A stretch of 61,290 nt of DNA from Planctomycetota bacterium (GCA_037439485.1 JBBIVY010000005.1:1-61290), one strand, 5' to 3'. Positions 18,255 to 29,032 are shown, counted from the stretch's first letter. A program made the numbers and translations. Notes: generated by a model from the sequence alone, not told the origin.

Positions 18255-20242
18255 CCGTCGCAGCGGCACACCCTGAGCCGGAGCTTCGCGGGTTCCGCCG
18301 CACGCTCGCGCGCGACTGGAAGCTCGTGCTCGTCATTGCGCTCGTCGCCGCGGCGGTCCGCGTGAGCGCGCTCGTGCAGTTCGAGGCGACGCCCTTCGCG
18401 CATTACCTCACGATGGACGCGCGCGGCTACCAGGCCTGGTCGCTCGACATCGCCCGCGGCCACTGGCAGGGCGACCGCGTGTTCTACCAGGAGCCGCTCT
18501 ACCCGTATATTCTCGGGCTCATTCATCTCGCGTTCGGGCCGGGACTTCTGGGCGTGTTCATCGCGCAGGTCGTCGCGGGGGCCGCGGTGTGCGTCCTGGC
18601 GCAGATCCTCGCGGCGCGCGTGACCGGGAGCCGCTGGGCCGGGCTCATCGCGGGGCTTCTGCTCGCCTTCTATCACACCTCCGTCTTCTACGAACTCCAG
18701 GTGCTGAAGGTGGTCTGGGAAATGCTGCTCGTGCTTGTCGTCGCGCACCTGCTCGTCTCGGCGTGGGAGCGGCCGAGGCGGCGGCTGTGGGTCCTCGCGG
18801 GCGTGGCGACGGCGCTCCTGGGGCTCATCCGCGGAAACGCGCTTGTCTCGGTGCCCTTCGTCCTGGTGTGGATGCTCATCGTCCTGGGCGGCGCCGGGTG
18901 GAAGAGGGCCGCTGCTGCGGCGGGGCTCTTCCTGGCGGGCCTTGCGGCGCCGATGCTGCTCGTGATGGCCCGGAACGTCGCGGTGGGGGGAGACTTCGTC
19001 CTCAGCTCGAGTCACGCGGGGTTTAACTTTTACATCGGCAACAACGCCGAAGCCGACGGCGGCTATGCGCCGGTAACTGGCGTTCGCGAGGACCCGCGCT
19101 TCGAAGCCGACGACGCCCGCGCGGCGGCGAGCGCGAAGGCCGGACGGCTGCTCAAGCCCTCGGAGGTGTCGTCGTGGTGGTTCTCGCAGTCGTTCGATTT
19201 CATCGGCCGCGAGCCCGGGACATGGGTGTCGCTGGAGGCCCGCAAGCTCATGCGGTTCTTCAGCGCGGACGAAGTCCCCGACACGTGGAGCCCCGAGTTC
19301 TTCGCCGAGCGCGCGCCGATCCTGGGCGTGCCGTTCGTGCCGTATGCGCTCCTAATGCCGCTCGGCGTCGCCGGGCTTATCGCGATGGCGCGTGGGGGGC
19401 CGAGGGCGTGGCTGGTGCATTTCCTCGTGCTCGCGACGGTCGTGAGCGTCGTCATCTTTTACGTCTTCGGGCGATACCGGATGCCGGTCGTGCCGCTCTT
19501 CGCCGTGTCGGCCTCCGCGGCGCTCGTGGAGTTCGTCCGGCGCGCGAGGGCAGGGGAGTATGCCCTGCCGGCGATGATTCTCATTGCGGCCGGGGCGACC
19601 GCGGTGCTCGCGCTGATGCCGGTGTCGTCGAAGACAAGCCCGGCGGAACGCGGCGCGGTCGAACACTACAACCTCGGCCTCCTCTATTACGAGGAGGCGA
19701 AGGAGCCCGCGAAGGCGAAGGACGAGTGGAACCGCGCGCTCGTGCTCAACCCGCAGTATTCCGACGCCATGACCGCGCTCGCCCGTGCCTACATCGCCGA
19801 GGACAACACGACATCGGCCTCGGGGCTCCTGCACGACGCGATCCGCGCGAACAACAACGCCGACGCGCACTTCCTCCTCGCCGGCATCTATCACCGCGAT
19901 AAGAAGCCTCGCAACGCGATCGAGGAGCTTTGCAGCGCCCTCGTCGTCCGGCCGGGGTTCTTCGAGGCGTGGAAGGCCCTGACGGACATCTTCGTCGAGC
20001 AGCGCGACCGCGAGAGCCTCTCCGAAGGCGTCCGGGCGGCCGAGCAGGCGATTGAGTATTTCCCCGCGTCGGAAGTCCTCCGGCGCAACCTCGGCATCCT
20101 CTGCTATCGCGCCGGCGACGTCGAGCGGGCCCGCGCGGCGTGGAAACGCGCGCTGGAACTTTCGCCCGCCGACGACGAGCGCAAGCGCGTCGAAACGCTT
20201 CTCGAACAGCTGCCGCCCGAATCGGCTCCGCCGCCGAAGTGA
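18251..20242 (+). CDS. GT-C (PMT-like) glycosyltransferase with C-terminal TPR repeats
   Basis: DARGYQAW..FYQEPLYPY, GFNFYIGNN, RYRMPVVP; TPRs (HYNLGLLYY, AHFLLAGIY, RRNLGILCY). GTGA overlap with the previous gene. Confidence 0.85.
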   Translation: MTVAAAHPEPELRGFRRTLARDWKLVLVIALVAAAVRVSALVQFEATPFAHYLTMDARGYQAWSLDIARGHWQGDRVFYQEPLYPYILGLIHLAFGPGLLGVFIAQVVAGAAVCVLAQILAARVTGSRWAGLIAGLLLAFYHTSVFYELQVLKVVWEMLLVLVVAHLLVSAWERPRRRLWVLAGVATALLGLIRGNALVSVPFVLVWMLIVLGGAGWKRAAAAAGLFLAGLAAPMLLVMARNVAVGGDFVLSSSHAGFNFYIGNNAEADGGYAPVTGVREDPRFEADDARAAASAKAGRLLKPSEVSSWWFSQSFDFIGREPGTWVSLEARKLMRFFSADEVPDTWSPEFFAERAPILGVPFVPYALLMPLGVAGLIAMARGGPRAWLVHFLVLATVVSVVIFYVFGRYRMPVVPLFAVSASAALVEFVRRARAGEYALPAMILIAAGATAVLALMPVSSKTSPAERGAVEHYNLGLLYYEEAKEPAKAKDEWNRALVLNPQYSDAMTALARAYIAEDNTTSASGLLHDAIRANNNADAHFLLAGIYHRDKKPRNAIEELCSALVVRPGFFEAWKALTDIFVEQRDRESLSEGVRAAEQAIEYFPASEVLRRNLGILCYRAGDVERARAAWKRALELSPADDERKRVETLLEQLPPESAPPPK

Positions 20243-20285
20243 ACCGCCCGTTGCTCAGTGCCGCTCTGATGTCGGAGGTCCGTGC

Positions 20286-21011
20286 GTGAATTCGGCAAAG
20301 CGTCAAATCCTGGGAACCGCGCCGTGGGTCATCCCGCTCGCGGTCTTCGCGGCGTGCCTCTTCTTCGATTTGCGCTCGGGCGAGCAGGCGGCTTGGCGCC
20401 CGGCGCGGGTCGCGTTCATGGCGGGGGTGATTCAGTGCGTGGCGTTTCTGGCCATGGCACCTTGGTGGGGCGCGGCGCTTGCGCTGGAATCGCCCATGGG
20501 GGCATGGTTCGCGGGGCTGCGCGTCGCGGTGGCGTGCGCGGGGTCGGCGGCGCTGCTGGCGCTGTTGATGCTCTTCGAGGCCCACCCCGCGCTGCCGGCG
20601 GTGCTTCGGGTCGAGGCTGCGGCGCTCGGAATCGGGTTGCTGGCCGCAGGCCTCGGCGCGGCGCTCGGGGCGCTATTTCGCAGCAAGCGCGGCGTTCCGG
20701 CCGGGGTGACGCTGCTCGGCTTCGCGCTCTCCGCGACGCCTTTCTGGGGCGCGGCGGTCATCCGGCTCGCTAGCGAAGGCTGGAAGCCCCTCGCCTGCCA
20801 CTTCGTCACCTATGCGACGCCCATCTCCGCGTGCGCCGACGCTACGGGATACGATTTCTATCATGGCGCCGTCTACGATGCCCTGCCCGTGTCGGACTAC
20901 TCCTTCTTCGTCGTGCCGCAGTGGTGGACCTGGGCGCTCGTGACGGGCGCGGCGGGAATCGTTCTGCTCGGCCTCTCCGCCGCGATCCGACGGCGCGCTA
21001 CGCGAACGTAA
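20286..21011 (+). CDS. Hypothetical polytopic membrane protein (ABC-2 permease-like topology)
   Basis: About six hydrophobic helices; GGAGG then GTG 20286; 3' end overlaps the clpB 3' end convergently. Confidence 0.55.
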   Translation: MNSAKRQILGTAPWVIPLAVFAACLFFDLRSGEQAAWRPARVAFMAGVIQCVAFLAMAPWWGAALALESPMGAWFAGLRVAVACAGSAALLALLMLFEAHPALPAVLRVEAAALGIGLLAAGLGAALGALFRSKRGVPAGVTLLGFALSATPFWGAAVIRLASEGWKPLACHFVTYATPISACADATGYDFYHGAVYDALPVSDYSFFVVPQWWTWALVTGAAGIVLLGLSAAIRRRATRT

Positions 21012-23583
21012 ACTCCTTCTTCTTGTTGACGCCGACCGCGACCTTGGCGCCGGGGGCGAACTTGCCCTCGAGGAGGAGCTTCGCGAGCGGATTCTGGATC
21101 TCGCGCTGGATCGTGCGCTTCAGGGGCCGCGCGCCGAACGACGGGTCGTAGCCGAGCGCGAGGAGTTCGTCCTTCGCGGCGTCGGTGACCTCCAGCGCGA
21201 TCTCCTGCTCGGCGAGGCGTTTTCTCAGGTCCTTCATCTGAAGCTCGACGATCTTCTTCAGGTCGTCGCGCGTCAGGTTGTGGAAGACGATCGTCTCGTC
21301 GATCCGGTTGAGGAACTCCGGCCGGAATGTCTCGCGCAGCGTCTCCTGGATGCGAGTCCTGAGATCCTTTTCGTCGCCTCCGTGCTCGGAGAATTCCTGG
21401 ATGAACGAACTCGCCACGTTCGACGTCATGATGATCACGGTGTTGCGGAAGTCGACCGTGCGGCCCTGACCGTCGGTGAGGCGCCCGTCGTCGAGCACCT
21501 GGAGGAGCACGTTGAAGACGTCGCGGTGCGCCTTTTCGATTTCGTCGAGGAGCAGGACGGAATAGGGCCGCCGCCTTACCGCCTCGGTGAGCTGGCCGCC
21601 TTCCTCGTAGCCGACGTATCCCGGCGGTGCGCCGATGAGCCGCTGCACGGAGAACTTCTCCATGTACTCGCTCATGTCCAGCCTCACCATCGCCTCCTCG
21701 TCGTCGAAGAGGAACTGTGCGAGCGCCCGGCAAAGCTCGGTCTTGCCGACGCCGGTGGGGCCGAGGAAGATAAACGAGCCGATGGGGCGCTTCGGGTCGC
21801 TCAGGCCCGAGCGCGACCGGCGTATCGCGTCCGACACGGCGCGGATGGCCTCTTCCTGGCCGACGACGCGCTCGGACAGCCGGTCTTCCATCCGCACGAG
21901 CTTGTCGCGCGCGCTCTCCATCATGCGCGAGACGGGGATGCCGGTCCACTTCGCGACCACCTCGGCGATGTCGTCCGCGCCGACCTCCTCCTTGAGGAGC
22001 GCGCGGTCTTTCTGAACGCGGGCGAGGTCCTTCTGCTTCGCGGCGAGCTTCTTCGCGAGATCGCCCTGCGTCCCGTAGCGAATGCGCGCGACCTGCTCCA
22101 GGTTCCCTTCGCGCTCGGCCTTCTGCTCGTCGGTGCGCGCGGCCTCGACGTCCGACTTGATCTTCTGGATCTCGCGGATGACCTTGCGCTCGTTCTCCCA
22201 CTGGAGGCGCAACGCCGCGGTCTCCTCGCGAAGGCGCGCGATCTCCTGCTCGACCTTCTTGAGGCGCTTGACGCTCGCGTCGTCCTTCTCCTTCTTGATC
22301 GCCTCCTGCTCCACCTCGAGCTGCCGGAGCCGCCGCGTGGACTCGTCCAGCTCCGAGGGCATGGAATCGATCTCGATGCGCAGGCGGCTCGCCGACTCGT
22401 CGACGAGGTCGATGGCCTTATCCGGCAGGAACCGCCCCGAGATGTATCGGTGCGACAGCGTCGCCGCGGCCACGAGGGCGCCGTCCGTGATGCGCACGCC
22501 GTGGTGGACCTCGTAGCGTTCTTTCAGGCCGCGCAGGATCGCGATGGTGTCTTCGACCGACGGCTCGCCGACGTAGACCGGCTGGAACCTCCGCTCGAGC
22601 GCGGCGTCCTTCTCGACGTACTTGCGATATTCGTTGAGCGTGGTGGCCCCGACGCACCGCAGTTCCCCGCGGGCGAGCATCGGCTTGAGGAGGTTCGACG
22701 CGTCCACCGAGCCTTCCGCCGCGCCGGCGCCGACGACGGTGTGCAGCTCGTCGATGAAGAGGATGATGCGCCCTTGGCTCTCGGAGATCTCGCGGAGGAC
22801 GGCCTTGAGGCGGTCCTCGAACTCGCCGCGGTACTTGGCCCCGGCGATGAGCGCGCCCATGTCGAGTGCGATGACCTTCTTGCCCTTGAGTCCTTCGGGG
22901 ATGTCGCCGGAGACGATGCGCTGGGCGAGACCCTCGACGATGGCGGTCTTGCCGACGCCCGGCTCGCCGATGAGGACGGGGTTGTTCTTCGTGCGGCGGC
23001 TCAGCACCTGGATGACGCGGCGGATCTCCTCATCGCGGCCGATGACGGGGTCGAGCTTGCCGCGAGTCGCCATCTCGACAAGGTCGCGGCCGTAGCGTTT
23101 GAGCGCCTCGTATTTCTCCTCCGGGTTCTGGTCGGTGACGCGCTGAGAGCCGCGGATGTTGCGAAGCGCCGCGAGCACCTGGCCTTCGTGAACGCCGCCT
23201 TCTTTCAGCGCGCGTCCCGCCGCGCCGCGGTCTTCGAGTGCCGCCAGGAACAGGTGCTCCGTGCTGACGTATTCGTCGTTCATCCGCCGCGCCAGCTCCT
23301 CGGCCTGCTCGAAGAGAGCGTTGGCCGCGGGGGTGAGATACGGCTCCCCGGAGCCGCCGGTCACCTGCGGCAGCTTCCCCATTTCGACGGCGACGCGCGC
23401 CTCCAGCGCCGAGCGGTCCACGCCCACGCGCTCCAAGAGCGGAGCAATGACGCCGTCGCCCTCCCGCAGCAGCACGGCCACCACGTGCAGCGGATCGACC
23501 CCGCCGTGATGGCTCTTCTGCGCCAGCTCGATGGCCTGACGCACGGCCTCCTGGCTTTTGACGGTCAGCTTGTCGGGGTGCAT
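20998..23583 (-). CDS. clpB: ATP-dependent chaperone ClpB
   Basis: [22 protein letters not shown], middle coiled-coil domain, [27 protein letters not shown]. Confidence 0.97.
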   Translation of the reverse strand: MHPDKLTVKSQEAVRQAIELAQKSHHGGVDPLHVVAVLLREGDGVIAPLLERVGVDRSALEARVAVEMGKLPQVTGGSGEPYLTPAANALFEQAEELARRMNDEYVSTEHLFLAALEDRGAAGRALKEGGVHEGQVLAALRNIRGSQRVTDQNPEEKYEALKRYGRDLVEMATRGKLDPVIGRDEEIRRVIQVLSRRTKNNPVLIGEPGVGKTAIVEGLAQRIVSGDIPEGLKGKKVIALDMGALIAGAKYRGEFEDRLKAVLREISESQGRIILFIDELHTVVGAGAAEGSVDASNLLKPMLARGELRCVGATTLNEYRKYVEKDAALERRFQPVYVGEPSVEDTIAILRGLKERYEVHHGVRITDGALVAAATLSHRYISGRFLPDKAIDLVDESASRLRIEIDSMPSELDESTRRLRQLEVEQEAIKKEKDDASVKRLKKVEQEIARLREETAALRLQWENERKVIREIQKIKSDVEAARTDEQKAEREGNLEQVARIRYGTQGDLAKKLAAKQKDLARVQKDRALLKEEVGADDIAEVVAKWTGIPVSRMMESARDKLVRMEDRLSERVVGQEEAIRAVSDAIRRSRSGLSDPKRPIGSFIFLGPTGVGKTELCRALAQFLFDDEEAMVRLDMSEYMEKFSVQRLIGAPPGYVGYEEGGQLTEAVRRRPYSVLLLDEIEKAHRDVFNVLLQVLDDGRLTDGQGRTVDFRNTVIIMTSNVASSFIQEFSEHGGDEKDLRTRIQETLRETFRPEFLNRIDETIVFHNLTRDDLKKIVELQMKDLRKRLAEQEIALEVTDAAKDELLALGYDPSFGARPLKRTIQREIQNPLAKLLLEGKFAPGAKVAVGVNKKKEFTFA

Positions 23584-23602
23584 GGAGACTCCTTAGGCTT
23601 AA

Positions 23603-23657
23603 CTTCCCCTCCGGGGGAGGGGAAGAAAAAAACCTGCCGGCGCTGGGGCCGGCAGGT
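23603..23657 (-). terminator. Intrinsic terminator after dnaK plus a second hairpin before the clpB RBS
   Basis: Minus strand: acctgccggc-cccagc-gccggcaggt followed by a U-run (A-run 23626-23632 on +), then the hairpin cttcccctcc-N3-ggaggggaag (23603-23625). Confidence 0.8.
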
Positions 23658-23691
23658 GTGTGTGCGTCAACCCGTCACCGGCTTTCCCTCA

Positions 23692-25698
23692 TTACTTGAC
23701 CTCGTAATCGGCGTCGATGATGTTGTCGCCGCCGTCGCCGTTGCCTTTTTTCGGATTCTCGCTTGGGCCCGACTGCCGCGGGGGCTCCTGCTGCGTCGAT
23801 CCAGGGCCGGCCTGCGAGCCCGGACCTTCGCCGCCCGGCTTGCCGGCACCTTCATACATCACCTTCGCCAGTTGCTGCGCGGCGGTCATGTAGGCGTCCA
23901 TCGCGGACTTAATCGCGGCGATGTCGTCGCCCTTGAGCGTTTCTTCGAGCTTCTTCTTCGTCTCCTCGATGCGGGAGCGGTCGGCGGCCGAGAGCTTGTC
24001 GCCGTGCTCCTTGAGCGTCTTCTCGGTCTGGTAGAGGAGGTTGTCGGCCTGGTTGCGGGCGTCGACGACCTCCCGGCGCTTATGGTCGTCGGAGGCGTAC
24101 TGCTCGGCCTCGCCCTTCATCTTCGCGACCTCCTGGTCACTGAGGCCCGAGGAGTACTTGATGGTGATCGACTGCTCCTTCTTCGTGCCCAGGTCCTTGG
24201 CGTGGACGTTGAGGATGCCGTTGGCGTCGATGTCGAACGAGACCTCGACCTGCGGCATACCGCGCGGCGCCGGCGGAATTCCGGTAAGCTGGAAGCGCCC
24301 GAGCGTGCGGTTGTCATGGGCGAACTCGCGTTCTCCCTGGAGCACGTGGATATCCACGGCGGGCTGGTTGTCCGCGGCGGTCGAGAAGGTCTCGGCCTTG
24401 CGCACGGGGATCGTCGTGTTGCGGTCGATGAGCTTCGTCATGACGCCGCCGAGGGTCTCGATCCCCAGCGACAGCGGGGTCACGTCGAGGAGCAGCACTT
24501 CGCCGTGCTTGCCCGAGGTGAGGATGTCGGCCTGGATGGCCGCGCCCAGGGCGACGACCTCGTCGGGGTTGAGCGACCGGTTGGGCTCCTTGCCGAAGAT
24601 CTCGCGGGCCATCTGCTGCACGCGGGGCATGCGCGTGGAGCCGCCCACGAGCAGCACCTCGTCCACGATGTTCGACGCGCCCACCTTGGGGTCGTTCAGC
24701 TTGGCGATGGCGTCCTGAAGGGCGTTGACGCAAGGCTTGCGCGTCCGCTCGACGAGTTGCGCCGTGAGCTGTTCGAGTTTCGTGCGCGTGATGCGCATCT
24801 CCAGGTGCTTGGGACCCGTGGCGTCCGCCGTGATGAACGGCAGGTTCACCGTGGTCTCCAACTGGCTCGAAAGCTCGCACTTCGCTTTTTCCGCGGCCTC
24901 GCGCAGCCGCTGCAGCGCCATCGTGTCCTTCCTGAGGTCGACGCCGTTCTGCTTCTTGAACTCCTCGGCGAGGTGGTTCATCACCACCTGGTCGAAGTCG
25001 TCGCCTCCCAGGTGCGTGTCGCCGTTGGTCGACAGCACCCGGAAGTTCTTAATCGGCTTATTGGTGTCCGGGTCGGTCTCCTCGTAAAGCTCCAGCACGC
25101 TGATGTCGAACGTGCCGCCGCCGAGGTCGAATACGGCCACCCGCTGGTCCTTGGACTTGTCGACGCCGTAGGCGAGGGCCGAGGCCGTCGGCTCGTTGAT
25201 GATGCGCCGGACGTCGAGCCCCGCGATGATGCCGGCTTCCTTCGTCGCCTGCCGCTGCGAGTCGTTGAAGTAGGCCGGGACCGTGATCACTGCGTCCTTC
25301 ACCTTCTCGCCGAGGTGGGCCTCGGCGGCTTCCTTGAGGTAGCGCAGGATCATCGCGCTGATCTCCGGAGGCGTCCATTCTTTGCCGCCCGAGTGGACCT
25401 TGACGAGCTCTTCCGAGCCGCCCACGACGGAGTAGGGCACAAGCTTCTCTTCCGAGGAGACCTCGCTGTGCCGGCGCCCCATGAATCGCTTGATGGAGAA
25501 GATGGTGTTGAGGGGGTTCGTGACCGCCTGGCGCCTCGCCAGTTGACCGACGAGCCGCTCGCCCTTGTCGGTGAACGCGACCACCGACGGGGTCAGGCGC
25601 CCGCCCTCCGCGTTGGTGATGACGACGGGCGAGTCGCCCTCCATCACCGCCACCACGCTGTTCGTAGTCCCGAGATCGATTCCGATGGCCTTCGCCAT
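23692..25698 (-). CDS. dnaK: Molecular chaperone DnaK
   Basis: [49 protein letters not shown]-terminal IIDADYEVK; AAGGAG RBS before ATG 25698. Confidence 0.97.
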   Translation of the reverse strand: MAKAIGIDLGTTNSVVAVMEGDSPVVITNAEGGRLTPSVVAFTDKGERLVGQLARRQAVTNPLNTIFSIKRFMGRRHSEVSSEEKLVPYSVVGGSEELVKVHSGGKEWTPPEISAMILRYLKEAAEAHLGEKVKDAVITVPAYFNDSQRQATKEAGIIAGLDVRRIINEPTASALAYGVDKSKDQRVAVFDLGGGTFDISVLELYEETDPDTNKPIKNFRVLSTNGDTHLGGDDFDQVVMNHLAEEFKKQNGVDLRKDTMALQRLREAAEKAKCELSSQLETTVNLPFITADATGPKHLEMRITRTKLEQLTAQLVERTRKPCVNALQDAIAKLNDPKVGASNIVDEVLLVGGSTRMPRVQQMAREIFGKEPNRSLNPDEVVALGAAIQADILTSGKHGEVLLLDVTPLSLGIETLGGVMTKLIDRNTTIPVRKAETFSTAADNQPAVDIHVLQGEREFAHDNRTLGRFQLTGIPPAPRGMPQVEVSFDIDANGILNVHAKDLGTKKEQSITIKYSSGLSDQEVAKMKGEAEQYASDDHKRREVVDARNQADNLLYQTEKTLKEHGDKLSAADRSRIEETKKKLEETLKGDDIAAIKSAMDAYMTAAQQLAKVMYEGAGKPGGEGPGSQAGPGSTQQEPPRQSGPSENPKKGNGDGGDNIIDADYEVK

Positions 25699-25778
25699 TT
25701 TGATGCTCCTTTCCGTTTGGCCGCCGTTAAGGCCGGCCGCTCCCGGTGAATGCTCTTCATTGACCTTACCATAGAGCA

Positions 25779-25798
25779 TATAGCAAACGGCGTGCCAA
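25779..25798 (-). promoter_or_regulatory. Sigma-54 (-24/-12) promoter of dnaK-clpB
   Basis: Reverse complement reads TTGGCACGCCGTTTGCTATA, identical to 7448-7467. Confidence 0.85.
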
Positions 25799-25895
25799 AA
25801 CGTTATAAATCCGGGGGCGCGGGTGTAAGTCATGGAATGGCAGGACGTTATGGCTGAAGAAAATACGCGGGCAAGAAACGGCTCTTTTGGCCGAC

Positions 25896-25951
25896 TGTCA
25901 TTTTGGCAGGTTTCAGGGGGCCAAGAGGGCAGTCTGCCTGCCAAGTTGGCA
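25896..25951. promoter_or_regulatory. Two palindromic sites, candidate enhancer (UAS) for the dnaK sigma-54 promoter
   Basis: TGTCATTTTGGCA (25896-25908) and TGCCAAGTTGGCA (25939-25951): TGYCA-N3-TGGCA at a 43-bp period. Confidence 0.6.
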
Positions 25952-25967
25952 CGGTCGGGTTTTGGAA

Positions 25968-25996
25968 TTGACTCAGGCCGGGCGGGGGTATATATT
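25968..25996 (+). promoter_or_regulatory. Sigma-70 promoter of the HAD gene
   Basis: TTGACT-N17-TATATT. Confidence 0.65.
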
Positions 25997-26044
25997 CACA
26001 GGCACACATCCATATCCAGGCCGGAGTTTGGGGGGGACTGGGCG

Positions 26045-26773
26045 ATGGCAAAGCTGAAGGCGATCCTGTTCGACGTGGACGACACGCTCTATTCGACGAC
26101 CGATTTTGCCGAACTGGCCCGGTCGAACAGCATCAAGGAGATGATTCGCCTCGGCCTCAAGATGGAACACGACGCGCTGATGCGCGAGCTGAACGAGGTG
26201 ATCGGGGAGTTCACCTCGAATTACGAGCACCACTTCGACAAGCTTCTTTTGCGCCTGCCCGCCGAGGCCCTGGAAGGGGTCAATCCCGTCATTCTCGTCG
26301 CCGGGGCCGTTGTCGCCTACCACGAAACGAAGGCGCGGCAGCTCTCCATGCCGGACGACGTGAAGGAACTGCTCGGAAGGCTCAGCAAGACTGACCTCAT
26401 CCTCGGCGTCATCACCAGCGGCCCGCAGATCAAGCAGGCGGAGAAGATACTGCGGCTGGGGCTGATGGAATATATCGACCCCTCGGCGATCTTCCTCTCC
26501 GACCAGATCGGCATCGGCAAGCCCAACGTGAAGCTCTACATGAAGGCCTGTCGCCAGCTCAACATCTGGCCGCTGGAGGCGATGTACGTCGGCGACAACC
26601 CGCCCAATGATATTGATCCCCCCAACCAGCTCGGCATGTCCACGGTGCTTGTCCGCCGCGAAGGGAAATACGCGAGCGTCCAGGGCGTCACCGAGCCCGA
26701 TCACGTCATCCGGTCCTTCCGCGAGCTTGGGGATATCCTTCGCGAGAAGTATGAAGTCGACCTTCCGGCCTAG
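26045..26773 (+). CDS. HAD-superfamily hydrolase (subfamily IA)
   Basis: ILFDVDDTLY, ITSG...QAEKI, GKPN, YVGDNPPND. Confidence 0.9.
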   Translation: MAKLKAILFDVDDTLYSTTDFAELARSNSIKEMIRLGLKMEHDALMRELNEVIGEFTSNYEHHFDKLLLRLPAEALEGVNPVILVAGAVVAYHETKARQLSMPDDVKELLGRLSKTDLILGVITSGPQIKQAEKILRLGLMEYIDPSAIFLSDQIGIGKPNVKLYMKACRQLNIWPLEAMYVGDNPPNDIDPPNQLGMSTVLVRREGKYASVQGVTEPDHVIRSFRELGDILREKYEVDLPA

Positions 26774-26988
26774 AGGCAACGGCGTAACTCCTTTGTAGGC
26801 TGATTGTTACGACGTATTTCTCCGCCCCAGTGCAATTAACGGGGACAGGAGCCGTTTTTTACAGTTTGATGATAAGCAGGCATGCCGGAGATAGCCGATA
26901 TCCTTGATATTCGGGCGGAATCTGGCGAAAAGGCGTTGCCCGCCAGGGAGTTGCCGGAAATCAGGGCTTCGGTTTCAAGGAGCGGGGC

Positions 26989-27017
26989 TTGACAAGCGGG
27001 CCTTCGACCGATAAACT
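26989..27017 (+). promoter_or_regulatory. Sigma-70 promoter of pheA
   Basis: TTGACA-N17-TAAACT. Confidence 0.7.
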
Positions 27018-27044
27018 AACGGTTCTAACAGGCGAGGGATTGTC

Positions 27045-28112
27045 ATGCCGGACATCAAGGCCATCCGGGCGAAGATCAACGAGATCGACCGCCGGCTTGT
27101 TGCCACGTTGAACGAACGGGCGGCCCTGGCCCTGGAGCTGGTGAAGCTGAAGGATAGCGCCGGGCTTCCGATATATGCCCCGGATCGCGAAGCCTCGGTT
27201 CTTCGCGGCGTCGCGGGCCTGACGAAAGGGCCGCTGCCGCCGACTGCGATTACGGCGATTTACCGCGAGATCATCAGCTCGACGCGGGCGCTGCAGAGGG
27301 TGATCGTGGTGACGTATCTCGGGCCGGCCGGGACGTATACGCACCAGGCTGCGCGGGAGCACTTCGGCTCGGGCGCGGAGTATAACCCCGCCGAGACGAT
27401 CGCGGACGTGTTCAACGACGTGGCGAAGGCGAAGGCGGACGTCGGCGTGGTGCCCATCGAGAACTCGACGGGCGGGGTCGTGAACGAGACGCTCGACATG
27501 TTCATGTCGTGCGATTTGAAGATCTGCGACGAGATCGTCCTCGAAATTCACCATTACCTCCTCGGCACGGGGAAGCTCGCGGACGTGAAGCGCGTCTGCT
27601 CGAAGCCCGAGGCCGTCGCGCAGTGCCGCGTGTGGCTGACGGAGCACCTGCCGGGCGTGGAGGTGGTGCCTGTGGCGAGTACGACGGCGGCGGCGAAGAT
27701 GGCCGCGGCGGACCCGTCGATTGCGGCGATCGCGAGCCGCGAGGCGGCGGAGCTTTACGCGCTGGGGGTGCTGGCGGAGAACGTCGAGGACCGGCACGAG
27801 AACGTGACGCGGTTCGTGGTGCTGTCGCAGCACTGTGGCACGCGCACGGGACGCGACCGGACGAGCGTGATGCTGGCGATCCGGAACGAGGTGGGGGCGC
27901 TCTACAACATCCTCCTCCCGTTCAAGAAGCACGAGGTCAACCTGACGAAGATCGAGTCGCGCCCGTCCAAGACCAAGGTCTGGGACTACATGTTCTTCGT
28001 CGACATGGAAGGGCACGTCGAGGACGATGCGATCGCCGCGGCGCTGAAGGAGATCGAGTCGAGCTGTCGCTACGTGCAGGTGCTCGGCTCCTATCCGCGC
28101 GCGGACCATTGA
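27045..28112 (+). CDS. pheA: Chorismate mutase/prephenate dehydratase (P-protein)
   Basis: AroQ N-terminus (RAKINEIDRRLVATLNERA), YLGPAGTYT, VPIENSTGG, NVTRF, ACT domain NLTKIESRP. Confidence 0.95.
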   Translation: MPDIKAIRAKINEIDRRLVATLNERAALALELVKLKDSAGLPIYAPDREASVLRGVAGLTKGPLPPTAITAIYREIISSTRALQRVIVVTYLGPAGTYTHQAAREHFGSGAEYNPAETIADVFNDVAKAKADVGVVPIENSTGGVVNETLDMFMSCDLKICDEIVLEIHHYLLGTGKLADVKRVCSKPEAVAQCRVWLTEHLPGVEVVPVASTTAAAKMAAADPSIAAIASREAAELYALGVLAENVEDRHENVTRFVVLSQHCGTRTGRDRTSVMLAIRNEVGALYNILLPFKKHEVNLTKIESRPSKTKVWDYMFFVDMEGHVEDDAIAAALKEIESSCRYVQVLGSYPRADH

Positions 28113-28125
28113 TTATTAGGCTATT

Positions 28126-28221
28126 CCCTCCCCCTCCGGGGGAGGGCCAGGGTGAGGGAGACTGGGGGAGGCGCGATTTCCCCTTTCCCCCTCACCCCGA
28201 CCCTCTCCCGGCGGCAGAGGG
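28126..28221. repeat. Inverted REP doublet (CCCTCACCC..CCCTCTCCC family)
   Basis: 28126-28158 ccctccccctccgggggagggccagggtgaggg and an inverted copy at 28187-28221 (ctcaccccgaccctctcccggcggcagaggg core). Confidence 0.8.
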
Positions 28222-28261
28222 TGTGCAAGAGATAGGGCCGATAACTTCTGAGGAGGACTTC

Positions 28262-29032
28262 ATGCGTCGCGCATTCGTGGCGGGCAACTGGAAGATGAAC
28301 CTCAACCGCGTCGAGGCGCTCGCCCTCGTCGCCGGCCTCAAGGCCGAGGTCGCGGGCGAATCGCGCATCGACGTCGGCGTGTTTCCGCCGTTCGTCTACA
28401 TCGAGGCGGTCGCCGCCGCGGTGAAGGGCACGAAGATCATCCTCGGCGCCCAGGACTGCTGGCACGAGGCCAAGGGCGCGTTCACGGGCGAGGTCTCGCC
28501 GGGGATGCTCCTCGACGTCGGCTGCACGCAGGTGATCCTCGGCCACTCCGAACGCCGGCACGTCATCGGCGAGCCGGACGAGTTGATCGCGAAGAAGACG
28601 AAGGCGGCGCTTGCCGCGGGGCTCAAGGTCATCCTCTGCGTCGGCGAAACGCTCGAAGAGCGCAAGGGCGGCAAGACCCACGACGTGCTGAAGACTCAGA
28701 CGGTGAAGGGCCTCTTCGACCTGGCCCCCGCGGACCTGGCGAAGGTCGTGATCGCCTACGAGCCGGTGTGGGCCATCGGCACGGGCGTGAACGCCACCGC
28801 CGCGCAGGCGAACGAGGCGCACGAGTTCATCCGCGGGCTCCTCGCCGGGAAGTTCGGCAAGGCGGCCTCCGAGGCGATGACGATCCAGTATGGCGGCAGC
28901 GTGAAGGCCGAGAACGCGGCGGAGCTGATGGCCGAGCCGCACGTGGACGGGGCGCTGGTGGGCGGCGCGAGCCTCAAGGCCGACCAGTTCCTCGGAATCG
29001 TTCGCAATACGATCAAGGCAAAGGGCCTCTGA
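28262..29032 (+). CDS. tpiA: Triose-phosphate isomerase
   Basis: VAGNWKMN, GAFTGEVS, ILGHSERR, AYEPVWAIGTG, YGGSVK, LVGGASL; GAGGAGG RBS. Confidence 0.97.
   Translation: MRRAFVAGNWKMNLNRVEALALVAGLKAEVAGESRIDVGVFPPFVYIEAVAAAVKGTKIILGAQDCWHEAKGAFTGEVSPGMLLDVGCTQVILGHSERRHVIGEPDELIAKKTKAALAAGLKVILCVGETLEERKGGKTHDVLKTQTVKGLFDLAPADLAKVVIAYEPVWAIGTGVNATAAQANEAHEFIRGLLAGKFGKAASEAMTIQYGGSVKAENAAELMAEPHVDGALVGGASLKADQFLGIVRNTIKAKGL

Noticed and set aside
21280-25749. 1489-aa + strand ORF spanning antisense clpB and dnaK
   Set aside because: Shadow ORF caused by high-GC codon bias. Long antisense frames of hsp70 genes are a known annotation artefact, and no independent motifs are present.
25946-25966. 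Plus-strand TTGGCACG as a third sigma-54 site
   Set aside because: No TTGC at the -12 position; better explained as part of the TGCCAAGTTGGCA palindrome.
26774-27044. pheA attenuator/leader peptide or ncRNA
   Set aside because: No Phe-rich leader, and the promoter lies only about 25 nt before the ATG. The rest shows only the TAA-N19-TTA motif and a weak hairpin/T-tract.
27509-28261. Long N-terminal extension of tpiA in the ORF track (similarly dnaK 25944, HAD 25832, rsmD 53680, FMN protein 48864)
   Set aside because: Open frame upstream of the real starts, which are defined by SD sequences and family N-termini.
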